Assembly: GCA_964016885.1 (NCBI GenBank) | Contig: OZ024741.1 | Location: 278,318,001-278,382,000 of the forward strand | Source: Eledone cirrhosa | Lineage: Eukaryota | Direction: 5' to 3' | Length of the DNA stretch: 64,000 bases | Shown: piece after piece, positions 22,901 to 35,974 of the stretch | Layout of the letters: each line of letters starts with the position of its first letter | Numbering within the stretch: the first letter of the stretch is position 1 | Notes under the pieces: model-generated | Seen by the model: only the letters and a program-made list of their open reading frames with translations | What the model was told of the DNA's origin: nothing | The model's database searches: none | Position numbers and translations under genes: made by a program

Positions 22901-25900
22901 GTATGATAGGTAGAGGTGTGGTTGTATGATAGGTAGAGGTATGGTTGTATGATAGGTAGAGGTATGGTTGTATGATAGGGAGAGGTGTGGTTGTATGATA
23001 GGTAGAGGTAGGGCTGTATGATAGGTAGAGGTAGGGCTGTATGATAGGTAGAGGTAGGGCTGTATGATAGGTACAGGTGTGGTTGTATGATAGGGAGAGG
23101 TGTGGTTGTATGATAGGGAGAGGTGTGGCTGTATGATAGGTACAGGTGTGGTTGTATGATAGGTAGAGGTAGGGCTGTATGATAGGTAGAGGTAGGGCTG
23201 TATGATAGGTACAGGTGTGGTTGTATGATAGGGAGAGGTGTGGTTGTATGATAGGTAGAGGTAGGGCTGTATGATAGGTAGAGGTAGGGCTGTATGATAG
23301 GTAGAGGTAGGGCTGTATGATAGGTACAGGTGTGGTTGTATGATAGGGAGAGGTGTGGTTGTATGATAGGGAGAGGTGTGGCTGTATGATAGGTACAGGT
23401 GTGGTTGTATGATAGGTAGAGGTAGGGCTGTATGATAGGTAGAGGTAGGGCTGTATGATAGGTACAGGTGTGGTTGTATGATAAGGAGAGGTGTGGTTGT
23501 ATGATAGGTAGAGGTAGGGCTGTATGATAGGTAGAGGTAGGGCTGTATGATAGGTAGAGGTAGGGCTGTATGATAGGTACAGGTGTGGTTGTATGATAGG
23601 GAGAGGTGTGGTTGTATGATAGGGAGAGGTGTGGCTGTATGATAGGTACAGGTGTGGTTGTATGATAGGTAGAGGTAGGGCTGTATGATAGGTAGAGGTA
23701 GGGCTGTATGATAGGTACAGGTGTGGTTGTATGATAGGGAGAGGTGTGGTTGTATGATAGGTAGAGGTAGGGCTGTATGATAGGTACAGGTGTGGTTGTA
23801 TGATAGGTAGAGGTGTGGTTGTATGATAGGTAGAGGTAGGGCTGTATGATAGGTACAGGTGTGGTTGTATGATAGGGAGAGGTGTGGTTGTATGATAGGG
23901 AGAGGTGTGGCTGTATGATAGGTACAGGTGTGGTTGTATGATAGGTAGAGGTGTGGTTGTATGATAGGTAGAGGTAGGGCTGTATGATAGGTAGAGGTGT
24001 GGCCGTATGATAGGTAGAGGTGTGGCTGTATGATAGGTAGAGGTAGGGCTGTATGATAGGTAGAGGTAGGGCTGTATGATAGGTATAGGTAGGGCTGTAT
24101 GATAGGTAGAGGTAGGGCTGTATGATAGGTAGAGGTGTGGTTGTATGATAGGTAGAGGTGTGGCTGTATGATAGGTAGAGGTGTGGTTGTATGATAGGTA
24201 GAGGTGTGGTTGTATGATAGGTAGAGGTATGGTTGTATGATAGGTAGAGGTGTGGCTGTATGATAGGTAGAGGTGTGGCTGTATGATAGGTAGACGTGTG
24301 GCTGTATGATAGGTAGAGGTGTGGTTGTATGATAGGGAGAGGTGTGGCTGTATGATAGGTAGAGGTAGGGCTGTATGATAGGTAGAGGTAGGGCTGTATG
24401 ATAAGTAGAGGTAGGGCTGTATGATAGGTAGAGGTAGGGCTGTATGATAGGTAGAGGTAGGGCTGTATGATAGGTAGAGGTGTGGTTGTATGATAGGTAG
24501 AGGTGTGGCTGTATGATAGGTAGAGGTGTGGTTGTATGATAGGGAGAGGTGTGGCTGTATGATAGGTAGAGGTAGGGCTGTATGATAGGTAGAGGTAGGG
24601 CTGTATGATAAGTAGAGGTAGGGCTGTATGATAGGTAGAGGTAGGGCTGTATGATAGGTAGAGGTAGGGCAGTATGATAGGTAGAGGTGTGGTTGTATGA
24701 TAGGTAGAGGTGTGGCTGTATGATAGGTAGAGGTGTGGTTGTATGATAGGTAGAGGTGTGGTTGTATGATAGGTAGAGGTGTGGCTGTATGATAGGTAGA
24801 GGTGTGGTTGTATGATAGGGAGAGGTGTGGTTGTATGATAGGTAGAGGTGTGGTTGTATGATAGGGAGAGGTGTGGTTGTATGATAGGTAGAGGTGTGGT
24901 TGTATGATAGGTAGAGGTGTGGTTGTATGATAGGTAGAGGTGTGGTTGTATGATAGGTAGAGGTGTGGCTGTATGATAGGTAGAGGTGTGGCTCTATGAT
25001 AGGTAGACGTGTGGCTGTATGATAGGTAGAAGTGTGGTTGTATGATAGGTAGAGGTAGGGCTGTATGATAGGTAGAGGTAGGGCTGTATGATAGGTAGAG
25101 GTAGGGCTGTATGATAGGTAGAGGTAGGGCTGTATGATAGGTACAGGTATGGCTGTATGATAGGTAGAGGTGTGGTTGTATGATAGGTAGAGGTATGGTT
25201 GTATGATAGGTAGAGGTGTGGCTGTATGATAGGTAGAGGTGTGGCTGTATGATAGGTAGAAGTGTGGTTGTATGATAGGTAGAGGTAGGGCTGTATGATA
25301 GGTAGAGGTAGGGCTGTATGATAGGTACAGGTGTGGTTGTATGATAGAGAGAGGTGTGGTTGTATGATAGGGAGAGGTGTGGTTGTATGATAGGTAGAGG
25401 TGTGGTTGTATGATAGGTAGAGGTGTGGTTGTATGATAGGTAGAGGTGTGGTTGTATGATAGGTAGAGGTGTGGCTGTATGATAGGTAGAGGTGTGGCTC
25501 TATGATAGGTAGACGTGTGGCTGTATGATAGGTAGAAGTGTGGTTGTATGATAGGTAGAGGTAGGGCTGTATGATAGGTAGAGGTAGGGCTGTATGATAG
25601 GTAGAGGTAGGGCTGTATGATAGGTAGAGGTAGGGCTGTATGATAGGTACAGGTATGGCTGTATGATAGGTAGAGGTGTGGTTGTATGATAGGTAGAGGT
25701 ATGGTTGTATGATAGGTAGAGGTGTGGCTGTATGATAGGTAGAGGTGTGGCTGTATGATAGGTAGACGTGTGGCTGTATGATAGGTAGAAGTGTGGTTGT
25801 ATGATAGGTAGAGGTAGGGCTGTGTGATAGGTAGAGGTAGGGCTGTATGATAGGTAGAGGTGTGGCTGTATGATAGGTAGAGGTGTGGCTGTATGATAGG

Positions 25901-28900
25901 TACAGGTAGCGTTGTATGATAGGTAGAGGTGTGGTTGTATGATAGGTAGAGGTAGGGCTGTATGATAGGTACAGGTGTGGTTGTATGATAGGGAGAGGTG
26001 TTGTTGTATGATAGGTAGAGGTAGGGCTGTATGATAGGTACAGGTGTGGTTGTATGATAGGGAGAGGTGTGGTTGTATGATAGGGAGAGGTGTGGCTGTA
26101 TGATAGGTACAGGTGTGGTTGTATGATAGGTAGAGGTGTGGTTGTATGATAGGTAGAGGTAGGGCTGTATGATAGGTAGAGGTGTGGCCGTATGATAGGT
26201 AGAGGTGTGGCTGTATGATAGGTAGAGGTGTGGTTGTATGATAGGGAGAGGTGTGGCTGTATGATAGGTAGAGGTAGGGCTGTATGATAGGTAGAGGTAG
26301 GGCTGTATGATAGGTAGAGGTAGGGCTGTATGATAGGTAGAGGTAGGGCTGTATGATAGGTAGAGGTAGGGCTGTATGATAGGTAGAGGTGTGGTTGTAT
26401 GATAGGTAGAGGTGTGGCTATATGATAGGTAGAGGTATGGTTGTATGATAGGTAGAGGTGTGGCTGTATGATAGGTAGAGGTATGGTTGTATGATAGGTA
26501 GAGGTGTGGTTGTATGATAGGTAGAGGTGTGGTTGTATGATAGGTACAGGTGTGGTTGTATGATAGGTAGAGGTATGGTTGTATGATAGGTACAGGTATG
26601 GCTGTATGATAGGTAGAGGTGTGGTTGTATGATAGGTAGAGGTATGGTTGTATGATAGGTAGAGGTATGGTTGTATGATAGGGAGAGGTGTGGTTGTATG
26701 ATAGGTAGAGGTGTGGCTGTATGATAGGTAGAGGTGTGGCTGTATGATAGGTAGAGGTAGGGCTGTATGATAGGTACAGGTGTGGCTGTATGATAGGTAG
26801 AGGTAGGGCTGTATGATAGGTAGAGGTGTGGCTGTATGATCGGTAGAGGTGTGGCTGTATGATAGGTAGAGGTGTGGCTGTATGATAGGTAGAGGTAGGG
26901 CTGTATGATAGGTAGAGGTGTGGCTGTATGATAGGTACAGGTGTGGTTGTATGATTGGTAGAGGTGTGGTTGTATGATAGGGTGAGGTGTGGCTGTATGA
27001 TAGGTACAGGTGTGGTTGTATGATAGGTAGAGGTGTGGTTGTATGATAGGTAGAGGTAGGGCTGTATGATAGGTAGAGGTAGGGCTGTATGATAGGTACA
27101 GGTGTGGTTGTATGATAGGGAGAGGTGTGGTTGTATGATAGGTAGAGGTAGGGCTGTATGATAGGTACAGGTGTGGTTGTATGATAGGTAGAGGTGTGGT
27201 TGTATGATAGGGTGAGGTGTGGCTGTATGATAGGTACAGGTGTGGTTGTATGATAGGTACAGGTGTGGTTGTATGATAGGTAGAGGTAGGGCTGTATGAT
27301 AGGTACAGGTGTGGTTGTATGATAGGTAGAGGTGTGGTTGTATGATAGGTAGAGGTAGGGCTGTATGATAGGTACAGGTGTGGTTGTATGATAGGTAGAG
27401 GTGTGGTTGTATGATAGGTAGAGGTAGGGCTGTATGATAGGTACAGGTGTGGTTGTATGATAGGGAGAGGTGTGGTTGTATGATAGGTAGAGGTATGGTT
27501 GTATGATAGGTAGAGGTATGGTTGTATGATAGGGAGAGGTGTGGTTGTATGATAGGTAGAGGTGTGGCTGTATGATAGGTAGAGGTGTGGCTGTATGATA
27601 GGTAGAGGTAGGGCTGTATGATAGGTACAGGTGTGGCTGTATGATAGGTAGAGGTAGGGCTGTATGATAGGTAGAGGTGTGGCTGTATGATAGGTACAGG
27701 TAGCGTTGTATGATAGGTAGAGGTAGGGCTGTATGATAGGTAGAGGTGTGGCTGTATGATAGGTAGAGGTGTGGCTGTATGATAGGTAGAGGTGTGGCTG
27801 TATGATAGGTAGAGGTATGGTTGTATGATAGGTACAGGTAGGGCTGTATGATAGGTAGAGGTGTGGTTGTATGATAGGTAGAGGTGTTGTTGTATGATAG
27901 GTAGAGGTATGGTTGTATGATAGGGAGAGGTGTGGTTGTATGATAGGTAGAGGTGTTGTTGTATGATAGGTAGAGGTGTGGCTGTATGATAGGTAGAGGT
28001 GTGGTTGTATGATAGGTAGAGGTGTGGTTGTATGATAGGTAGAGGTGTGGTTGTATGATAGGTAGAGGTAGGGCTGTATGATAGGTACAGGTATGGCTGT
28101 ATGATAGGTAGAGGTGTGGTTGTATGATAGGTAGAGGTATGGTTGTATGATAGGTAGAGGTATGGTTGTATGATAGGGAGAGGTGTGGTTGTATGATAGG
28201 TAGAGGTGTGGCTGTATGATAGGTAGAGGTGTGGCTGTATGATAGGTAGAGGTAGGGCTGTATGATAGGTACAGGTGTGGCTGTATGATAGGTAGAGGTA
28301 GGGCTGTATGATAGGTAGAGGTGTGGCTGTATGATAGGTAGAGGTGTGGCTGTATGATAGATAGAGGTGTGGCTGTATGATAGGTAGAGGTAGGGCTGTA
28401 TGATAGGTAGAGGTGTGGCTGTATGATAGGTAGAGGTGTGGCTGTATGATAGGTAGAGGTGTGGTTGTATGATAGGTAGAGGTGTGGTTGTATGATAGGT
28501 AGAGGTAGGGTTGTATGATAGGTAGAGGTAGGGCTGTATGATAGGTAGAGGTGTGGTTGTATGATAGGTAGAGGTGTGGTTGTATGATAGGTAGAGGTGT
28601 GGTTGTATGATAGGTAGAGGTGTGGTTGTATGATAGGTAGAGGTGTGGTTGTATGATAGGTAGAGGTGTGGCTGTATGATAGGTAGAGGTGTGGCTGTAT
28701 GATAGGTAGAGGTGTGGTTGTATGATAGGTAGAGGTGTGGTTGTATGATAGGTAGAGGTAGGGTTGTATGATAGGTAGAGGTAGGGCTGTATGATAGGTA
28801 GAGGTGTGGCTGTATGATAGATAGAGGTGTGGCTGTATGATAGGTAGAGGTAGGGCTGTATGATAGGTAGAGGTGTGGCTGTATGATAGGTAGAGGTGTG

Positions 28901-30520
28901 GCTGTATGATAGGTAGAAGTGTGGTTGTATGATAGGTAGAGGTGTGGCTGTATGATAGGTAGAGGTATGGTTGTATGATAGGTAGAGGTGTGGTTGTATG
29001 ATAGGTAGAGGTAGGGTTGTATGATAGGTAGAGGTAGGGCTGTATGATAGGTAGAGGTATGGCTGTATGATAGGTAGAGGTATGGTTGTATGATAGGTAG
29101 AGGTATGGTTGTATGATAGGTAGAGGTATGGTTGTATGATAGGGAGAGGTGTGGTTGTATGATAGGTAGAGGTAGGGCTGTATGATAGGTAGAGGTGTGG
29201 TTGTATGATAGGTAGAGGTAGGGCTGTATGATAGGTAGAGGTGTGGCTGTATGATAGGCAGAGGTGTGGTTGTATGATAGGTAGAGGTGTGGTTGTATGA
29301 TAGGTAGAGGTGTGGCTGTATGATAGGTAGAGGTGTGGCTGTATGATAGGTAGAGGTGTGGCTGTATGATAGGTAGAGGTGTGGTTGTATGATAGGTAGA
29401 GGTAGGGCTGTATGATAGGTAGAGGTGTGGTTGTATGATAGGTAGAGGTGTGGTTGTATGATAGGTAGAGGTGTGGTTGTATGATAGGTAGAGGTAGGGC
29501 TGTATGATAGGTAGAGGTGTGGTTGTATGATAGGTAGAGGTGTGGTTGTATGATAGGTACAGGTGTGGTTGTATGATAGGTAGAGGTGTGGTTGTATGAT
29601 AGGTACAGGTGTGGTTGTATGATAGGTAGAGGTGTGGTTGTATGATAGGTAGAGGTATGGTTGTATGATAGGTAGAGGTGTGGTTGTATGATAGGTAGAG
29701 GTAGGGCTGTATGATAGGTAGAGGTGTTGTTGTATGATAGGTACAGGTGTGGCTGTATGATATGTAGAGGTGTGGCTGTATGATAGGTAGAGGTGTGGTT
29801 GTATGATAGGTAGAGGTGTGGCTGTATGATAGGTAGAGGTATGGTTGTATGATAGGTAGAGGTGTGGCTGTATGATAGGGAGAGGTGTGGTTGTATGATA
29901 GGTAGAGGTAGGGCTGTATGATAGGTAGAGGTGTGGTTGTATGATAGGTAGAGGTGTGGTTGTATGATAGGTAGAGGTGTGGCTGTATGATAGGTAGAAG
30001 TGTGGTTGTATGATAGGTAGAGGTAGGGCTGTATGATAGGTAGAGGTAGGGCTGTATGATAGGTACAGGTGTGGTTGTATGATAGAGAGAGGTATGGTTG
30101 TATGATAGGTACAGGTGTGGTTGTATGATAGGTAGAGGTAGGGCTGTATGATAGGTAGAGGTGTTGTTGTATGATAGGTACAGGTGTGGCTGTATGATAT
30201 GTAGAGGTGTGGCTGTATGATAGGTAGAGGTGTGGTTGTATGATAGGTAGAGGTGTGGCTGTATGATAGGTAGAGGTATGGTTGTATGATAGGTAGAGGT
30301 GTGGCTGTATGATAGGGAGAGGTGTGGTTGTATGATAGGTAGAGGTAGGGCTGTATGATAGGTAGAGGTGTGGTTGTATGATAGGTAGAGGTGTGGCTGT
30401 ATGATAGGTAGAGGTATGGTTGTATGATAGGTAGAGGTAGGGCTGTATGATAGGTACAGGTAGGGCTGCATGATAGGTAGAGATAGGGCTGTATGATAGG
30501 TAGAGGTATGGATAGCTGTA
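16995..30520. repeat. 23-bp satellite (GATAGGTAGAGGTGTGGCTGTAT and variants), ~590 copies, 13.5 kb
   Basis: Essentially uninterrupted 23-bp periodicity; the 23-aa periodic ORFs on the minus strand correspond to three units. Confidence 0.98.
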
Positions 30521-30630
30521 TGGTTAAATAGTTTGCTTAGCAACCAGTTGGCTCTAGGTCCTGTCCCACCATACAACACTTTTGGCAAGTGTCTCCTCTT
30601 AAAACCATGGGTTCACTAATGCCTCGTGAT
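30500..30630 (+). mobile_element. Degenerate tRNA-derived SINE head abutting the satellite
   Basis: AGCTGTATGGTTAAATAGTTTGCTT..CAACCA...GGTCCTGTCCCAC...TTGGCAAGTGTCT resembles an octopus SINE 5' region (recall). Confidence 0.5.
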
Positions 30631-30808
30631 CATCCCTTTTTAACGTCCACTTTTCCATGCTAACATGGGTTAGATGTGTGTTGTACTGTTGTGAGACAAG
30701 TTAGATCAGTGATGGAGGCTGCTGGTGGACCTGATTGGCTTTATGCACAATGATGCTTTTGGGATCGCTGACTTAGGATGATACTGGCCTCGTTGATCAA
30801 GAGCAAGA

Positions 30809-31753
30809 AGTCTACAATGTGTATATTTACCTGTCTAGTCTACAATATGTATATTTATCTGTCTAGTCTACAATGTGTATATTTACCTGTCTAGTCTACA
30901 ATGTGTATATTTACCTGTCTAGTCTACAATATGTATATTTACCTGTCTAGTCTACAATGTGTATATTTACCTGTCTAGTCTACAATGTGTATATTTACCT
31001 GTCTAGTCTACAATGTGTATATTTACCTGTCTAGTCTACAATATGTATATTTACCTGTCTAGTCTACAATGTGTATATTTACCTGTCTAGTCTACAATAT
31101 GTATATTTACCTGTCTAGTCTACAATGTGTATATTTACCTGTCTAGTCTACAATGTGTATATTTACCTGTCTAGTCTACAATATGTATATTTACCTGTCT
31201 AGTCTACAATGTGTATATTTACCTGTCTAGTCTACAATGTGTATATTTACCTGTCTAGTCTACAATGTGTATATTTACCTGTCTAGTCTACAATGTGTAT
31301 ATTTACCTGTCTAGTCTACAATATGTATATTTACCTGTCTAGTCTACAATGTGTATATTTACCTGTCTAGTCTACAATATGTATATTTACCTGTCTAGTC
31401 TACAATGTGTATATTTACCTGTCTAGTCTACAATGTGTATATTTACCTGTCTAGTCTACAATATGTATATTTACCTGTCTAGTCTACAATGTGTATATTT
31501 ACCTGTCTAGTCTACAATATGTATATTTACCTGTCTAGTCTACAATGTGTATATTTACCTGTCTAGTCTACAATGTGTATATTTACCTGTCTAGTCTACA
31601 ATGTGTATATTTACCTGTCTAGTCTACAATATGTATATTTACCTGTCTAGTCTACAATATGTATATTTACCTGTCTAGTCTACAATGTGTATTTTTACCT
31701 GTCTAGTCTACAATATGTATAATTACCTGTCTAGTCTACAATGTGTATATTTA
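30809..31753. repeat. 28-bp minisatellite (AGTCTACAATRTGTATATTTACCTGTCT), ~34 copies
   Basis: Direct tandem periodicity with one dimorphic A/G position. Confidence 0.97.
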
Positions 31754-32811
31754 TTTTTACAACTATTTAACTGAATTATTGGACAATTAAAATATTTGTA
31801 AAGTTAGACAAAATAATAGTAATTAAATGAAACAAAAAGAGGAAAGTGAAAGAAAGAAAGGAAAAAAGTGAATTAAGCAACGAAGGAAAGGCAGGGAGGA
31901 GGAAATTCTACACACCAGTCTGAGTGGTGATTAGGTCGTACATATATTTAAAATTTTTGTTGATTTAAAAATTTTTTTTAAAGATTCTGAATTATATTTT
32001 TTATTAGATTTAATGCATTTTCCCCCATTTTTTTTTTTCTGAAGGCTTCACATGTTAGTTTAACAATTCATTTCATTGATGAAATTTGAAAAACCAAACA
32101 AACCAAATTAGTTATCAATTTCTGATTATTTCTAAATAAGGAGGAAAAGAAAACAGCTGTGGATGTTTGACAGTGAAAATGCTTTAAAAACTACATCTCT
32201 TTTAAAAGTTATTGAAAGTTTTCCTTGTCAATCCAACACTTTTTAGATTGGTTCTACCCAATTCCATATATGGAAGTTGTTATTGGGAAAAATTTTCAAT
32301 AATGCAGGGATTATTATTTTTTTTTTTTCTATTTGAATGATTTGATTTTAAGTATAAGAATTGGAGACTGGCACACAATTCTGAGCTTCTTTTATATCAG
32401 AAATATTTCGATTGTTATTTTAAAGATTTGAATATGAAATATTTATTTAAAGAATTTGAAAGTGTATCATAATTGTTCATTATTAGTTTACATCTTTAAT
32501 ATTATTCCCTCATAGGAAATGTTAATGATCAGAAAATGTGTGATATGATGCAGTCTTCTACAGTTTAATCTTCTAATCTTCTATTGCAAGTGTAATTCAT
32601 ATCATGGAGATAATCTTGGTTTTGTCAGAAGATAACTAAACCAGCAGATATAAAATGTCCATGCCCTATGCTGGTTGGAGTTTGAAACCTTAGGTAGCAT
32701 GCATTTGAGTTGAGAACTTATTTATATAATATATTTTGGCTCTGTATATTAAATAGAGCATTTTTTCCCCTTGAACTATACTTTGGAAACTTTTGGCACC
32801 ATATATATATA

Positions 32812-33096
32812 TTCATCATCATCATCGTTTTACGTCCGTTCTTCCACGCTAGCATGGGTTAGACGGATTGTCCTGTTGTGGGCAGTGTCCGGTCGGCTGA
32901 CCTTGTCTTGCTCATACAGGAACTGATTCTGGCTTGATTTCTACAGCTGGATGCCCTTCCTAACACCAACCTCATTTACAGTGAGTGCTGGGTGCTTTTT
33001 TCCGTGGCACCTACACGTCCACTTTACAGTGTGGGCTGGGTTCTTTTTTGCCGTGGCACCTCCACGACCACTTTGCAGTGGGAGGGTGTGGGGGCA
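32812..33096 (-). mobile_element. RTE subfamily C 3' UTR
   Basis: Matches ~62128-62400; (CAT)n at the left end; flanked by (TA)n. Confidence 0.85.
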
Positions 33097-33108
33097 TATA
33101 TATATATA

Positions 33109-33311
33109 GAGGGTGTTTCAAAAAAATTGATATCAATGGCCTGTTCCCAAGGTTGTCACATTGAAATATATATTGTGTATTAATGTTATAACATGTTTTG
33201 AGGAATAAATCTTGTGTTACTCAACATGGAACCTGCTTAGTCTCGTTGTCCTAGACCTTGTAGTTTCTGGGATAGTTACATCTCAAATGATATTAAATTT
33301 TTTGAAACACC

Positions 33312-33314
<3 letters not shown>
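33109..33314. mobile_element. Tc1/mariner-type MITE (~206 bp)
   Basis: TIRs (G/C)AGGGTGTTTCAAAAAA...TTTTTTGAAACACCCTG flanked by TA in a (TA)n tract. Confidence 0.8.
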
Positions 33315-33372
<58 letters not shown>

Positions 33373-33999
33373 AATAAAATGAAAACAGAAGGCCATACTG
33401 GATGATATGTTATAAATTTGAATTCCGTGAAATCACGATACATATTTCAATGGCCCAGCTCCATCATCCAATTATGATACAAGACAGAAAGGTTTCATCA
33501 GGTAACTTCAACAGAATTACAAAAACAGGGTTACGTAGAACCTATACTCATCGTAGAAGATAGGGAAAAGAGAATAGCAAGTTGAAAAATTGAAAAGCGA
33601 AAAAGGAAAAAGAAAAACAAAATTTGACTTGAAGATCGCCCGCAAAAGGAGTTTTATATTGTCTGCAGATGTTCTTATATTATTTATATATAATAGTTTA
33701 GATGAGTTGATAACAACCATATAAAGGCAAAGGATAATTCGAAGCTCAAATGTGATTTTATAGTCCACAGCATGATAGGTAAAAGACAGTTTATGTTTTC
33801 AGAATTGAGATATTCGGACATATGGTTGGTAAATAATTTGTTATTTATGTTGTTTATAGATTCTAAAGAAATCAATACAGAGAAATGTATTTTCTTACTG
33901 TATTGATAGAAACATTAATAAATCAATTAAATAATTTAATGTAATTTAATCAGGGTTATTTTTATTCATTATATATATATATATATATATATAAAACAA

Positions 34000-34203
34000 A
34001 GAGGGTGTGGTAAGATACCAGGTGGACCATAATGCACCAGAGTACTCAATACTTAGGGTAGTAGAGTGGGTAATAGGAAAAGAATCAAGACCCCAATGGC
34101 TGAGCTCCGACTGTTTCGACAGCTAGATCTGAACTAGATTTAGTTGGGATCTAGCTGTCGAAATGGCCAGAGCTTAGTCATCGGGATCTTGACTCTTTTC
34201 CTA
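34000..34203. mobile_element. Short fold-back element related to 9518-10925 (opposite orientation)
   Basis: Tail CCAGAGTACTCAATACTTAGGGTAGTAGAGTGGG followed by ~55-bp inverted arms ATAGGAAAA...TTTTCCTAT. Confidence 0.7.
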
Positions 34204-34705
34204 TATATATATATATAAATATATATATATATATCATAAATCATGTCTATAGAATTATTAGATAAATAAAATATATATCATTTCCTCTGCCAATCAGCAT
34301 AATTAACCATATAAAAAATCAATTAGACCAAGCTATAAGGATAAAGGCTCCTATGAAGAAATCTCCGACAAACAAACGAAAGCGGTGGCCTCAATAGAGT
34401 ATTATCCAACATTTCGACAGCATGTAGAAACTGACCAAATATACAATCAACCATACATAATTTGGTGTAAATTCAAACTTCGAAGAAATGTGTACATACC
34501 GTAACTATATCTCTACCATGGTTTCATCCGTATTTTTAGATATCCAATTAATAGGAAATCCACAGAGTTTGGATTCATCAGGAGATAAACTCAAAAATAG
34601 ACACTTAGTATTCCAAAGCGATCGCGCCAAAATTAGATTTGAAAATGGCTTAGAATCACAATATGGCCGTGGTCAAGTTGGAAAGAATGTGATTGGTATA
34701 TATAT

Positions 34706-35110
<405 letters not shown>

Positions 35111-35559
35111 CATACATTAAGAAAGAAGAAAAGAGATGGTTTTACATATTCTACATCTGAAGTTGAATATTTAGAAATATCTCTCTTCTTCTTTCTTAAA
35201 ATGGATAGTTGCCTGATACCATATATGGATACCCATGGTGTGGAGTGCATATGATTAATTAGGCCACAGTTAGTTGTTTGCTTGGATCAATCAACACAGA
35301 TTGTTATGTTGTTCCATATGCATCTCTTTGGCAGCTGGTTCAAGCCATCATGCAACTTGGGCTCAATATGATGCAACCCTATCTTTATACATGAAATTGC
35401 ATGGCTGATGAGGAAATTAAATGACTTCTGATATGAATGAAAACATTTTAGCACAATTTTACTAGATTGTCAGAGCTCAAATGACAGATGGACTGATTTG
35501 GCTTCTGTTACTATATAGATGTAAAACCAGTTATCATTAACTATGCTGAGAACTAAACA

Positions 35560-35945
35560 CGATGGATTGGCAGAATCATTAGAGCTTTGGACAAAATGCT
35601 TTGCAGTATTTGTTCCAAGTCTTTATATTCTGAGTTCAAATCCTACTGAGGTCAACTTTATCCTTTATCCCTCCAGTGTTGATAAAATGAAGTACCAGTT
35701 AAATACTGGTGTTGATATAATTGACATTCTCTTCCCTCCCTCCAAAGTATTGACCTTGTGCAAAAATTAGCAGTAGAGGGTCGGACACCATGCTTTGAAG
35801 CATAGAGTTACGTTCCTTTATGATCTGAGTTCAAATCCCGCCGAGGTTAACTTTGCCTTTCATCCTTACGGGGTCGATAAAATAAAGTACCAGTAATGTA
35901 CTGGGTAATTGCTGGCCTTGTGCCAAAAGTAGAAACAATTAATTA
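35560..35945 (+). mobile_element. Two tandem SINE copies (same family as 1-810)
   Basis: GAGTTCAAATCC...CTTTGCCTTTCATCCTT..GGGGTCGATAAAATAAAGTACCAG; further copies at ~41235-41390 (-) and ~46280-46490 (+). Confidence 0.75.
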
Positions 35946-35974
35946 TGCTGAGAAATGGATAAATATGCTTTTAA

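Noticed and set aside
24994-30588. 1864-aa (and 333-, 103-aa) minus-strand ORFs
   Set aside because: Translation of a 23-bp satellite whose C-rich strand lacks stop codons; no domain and no other sign of a gene.
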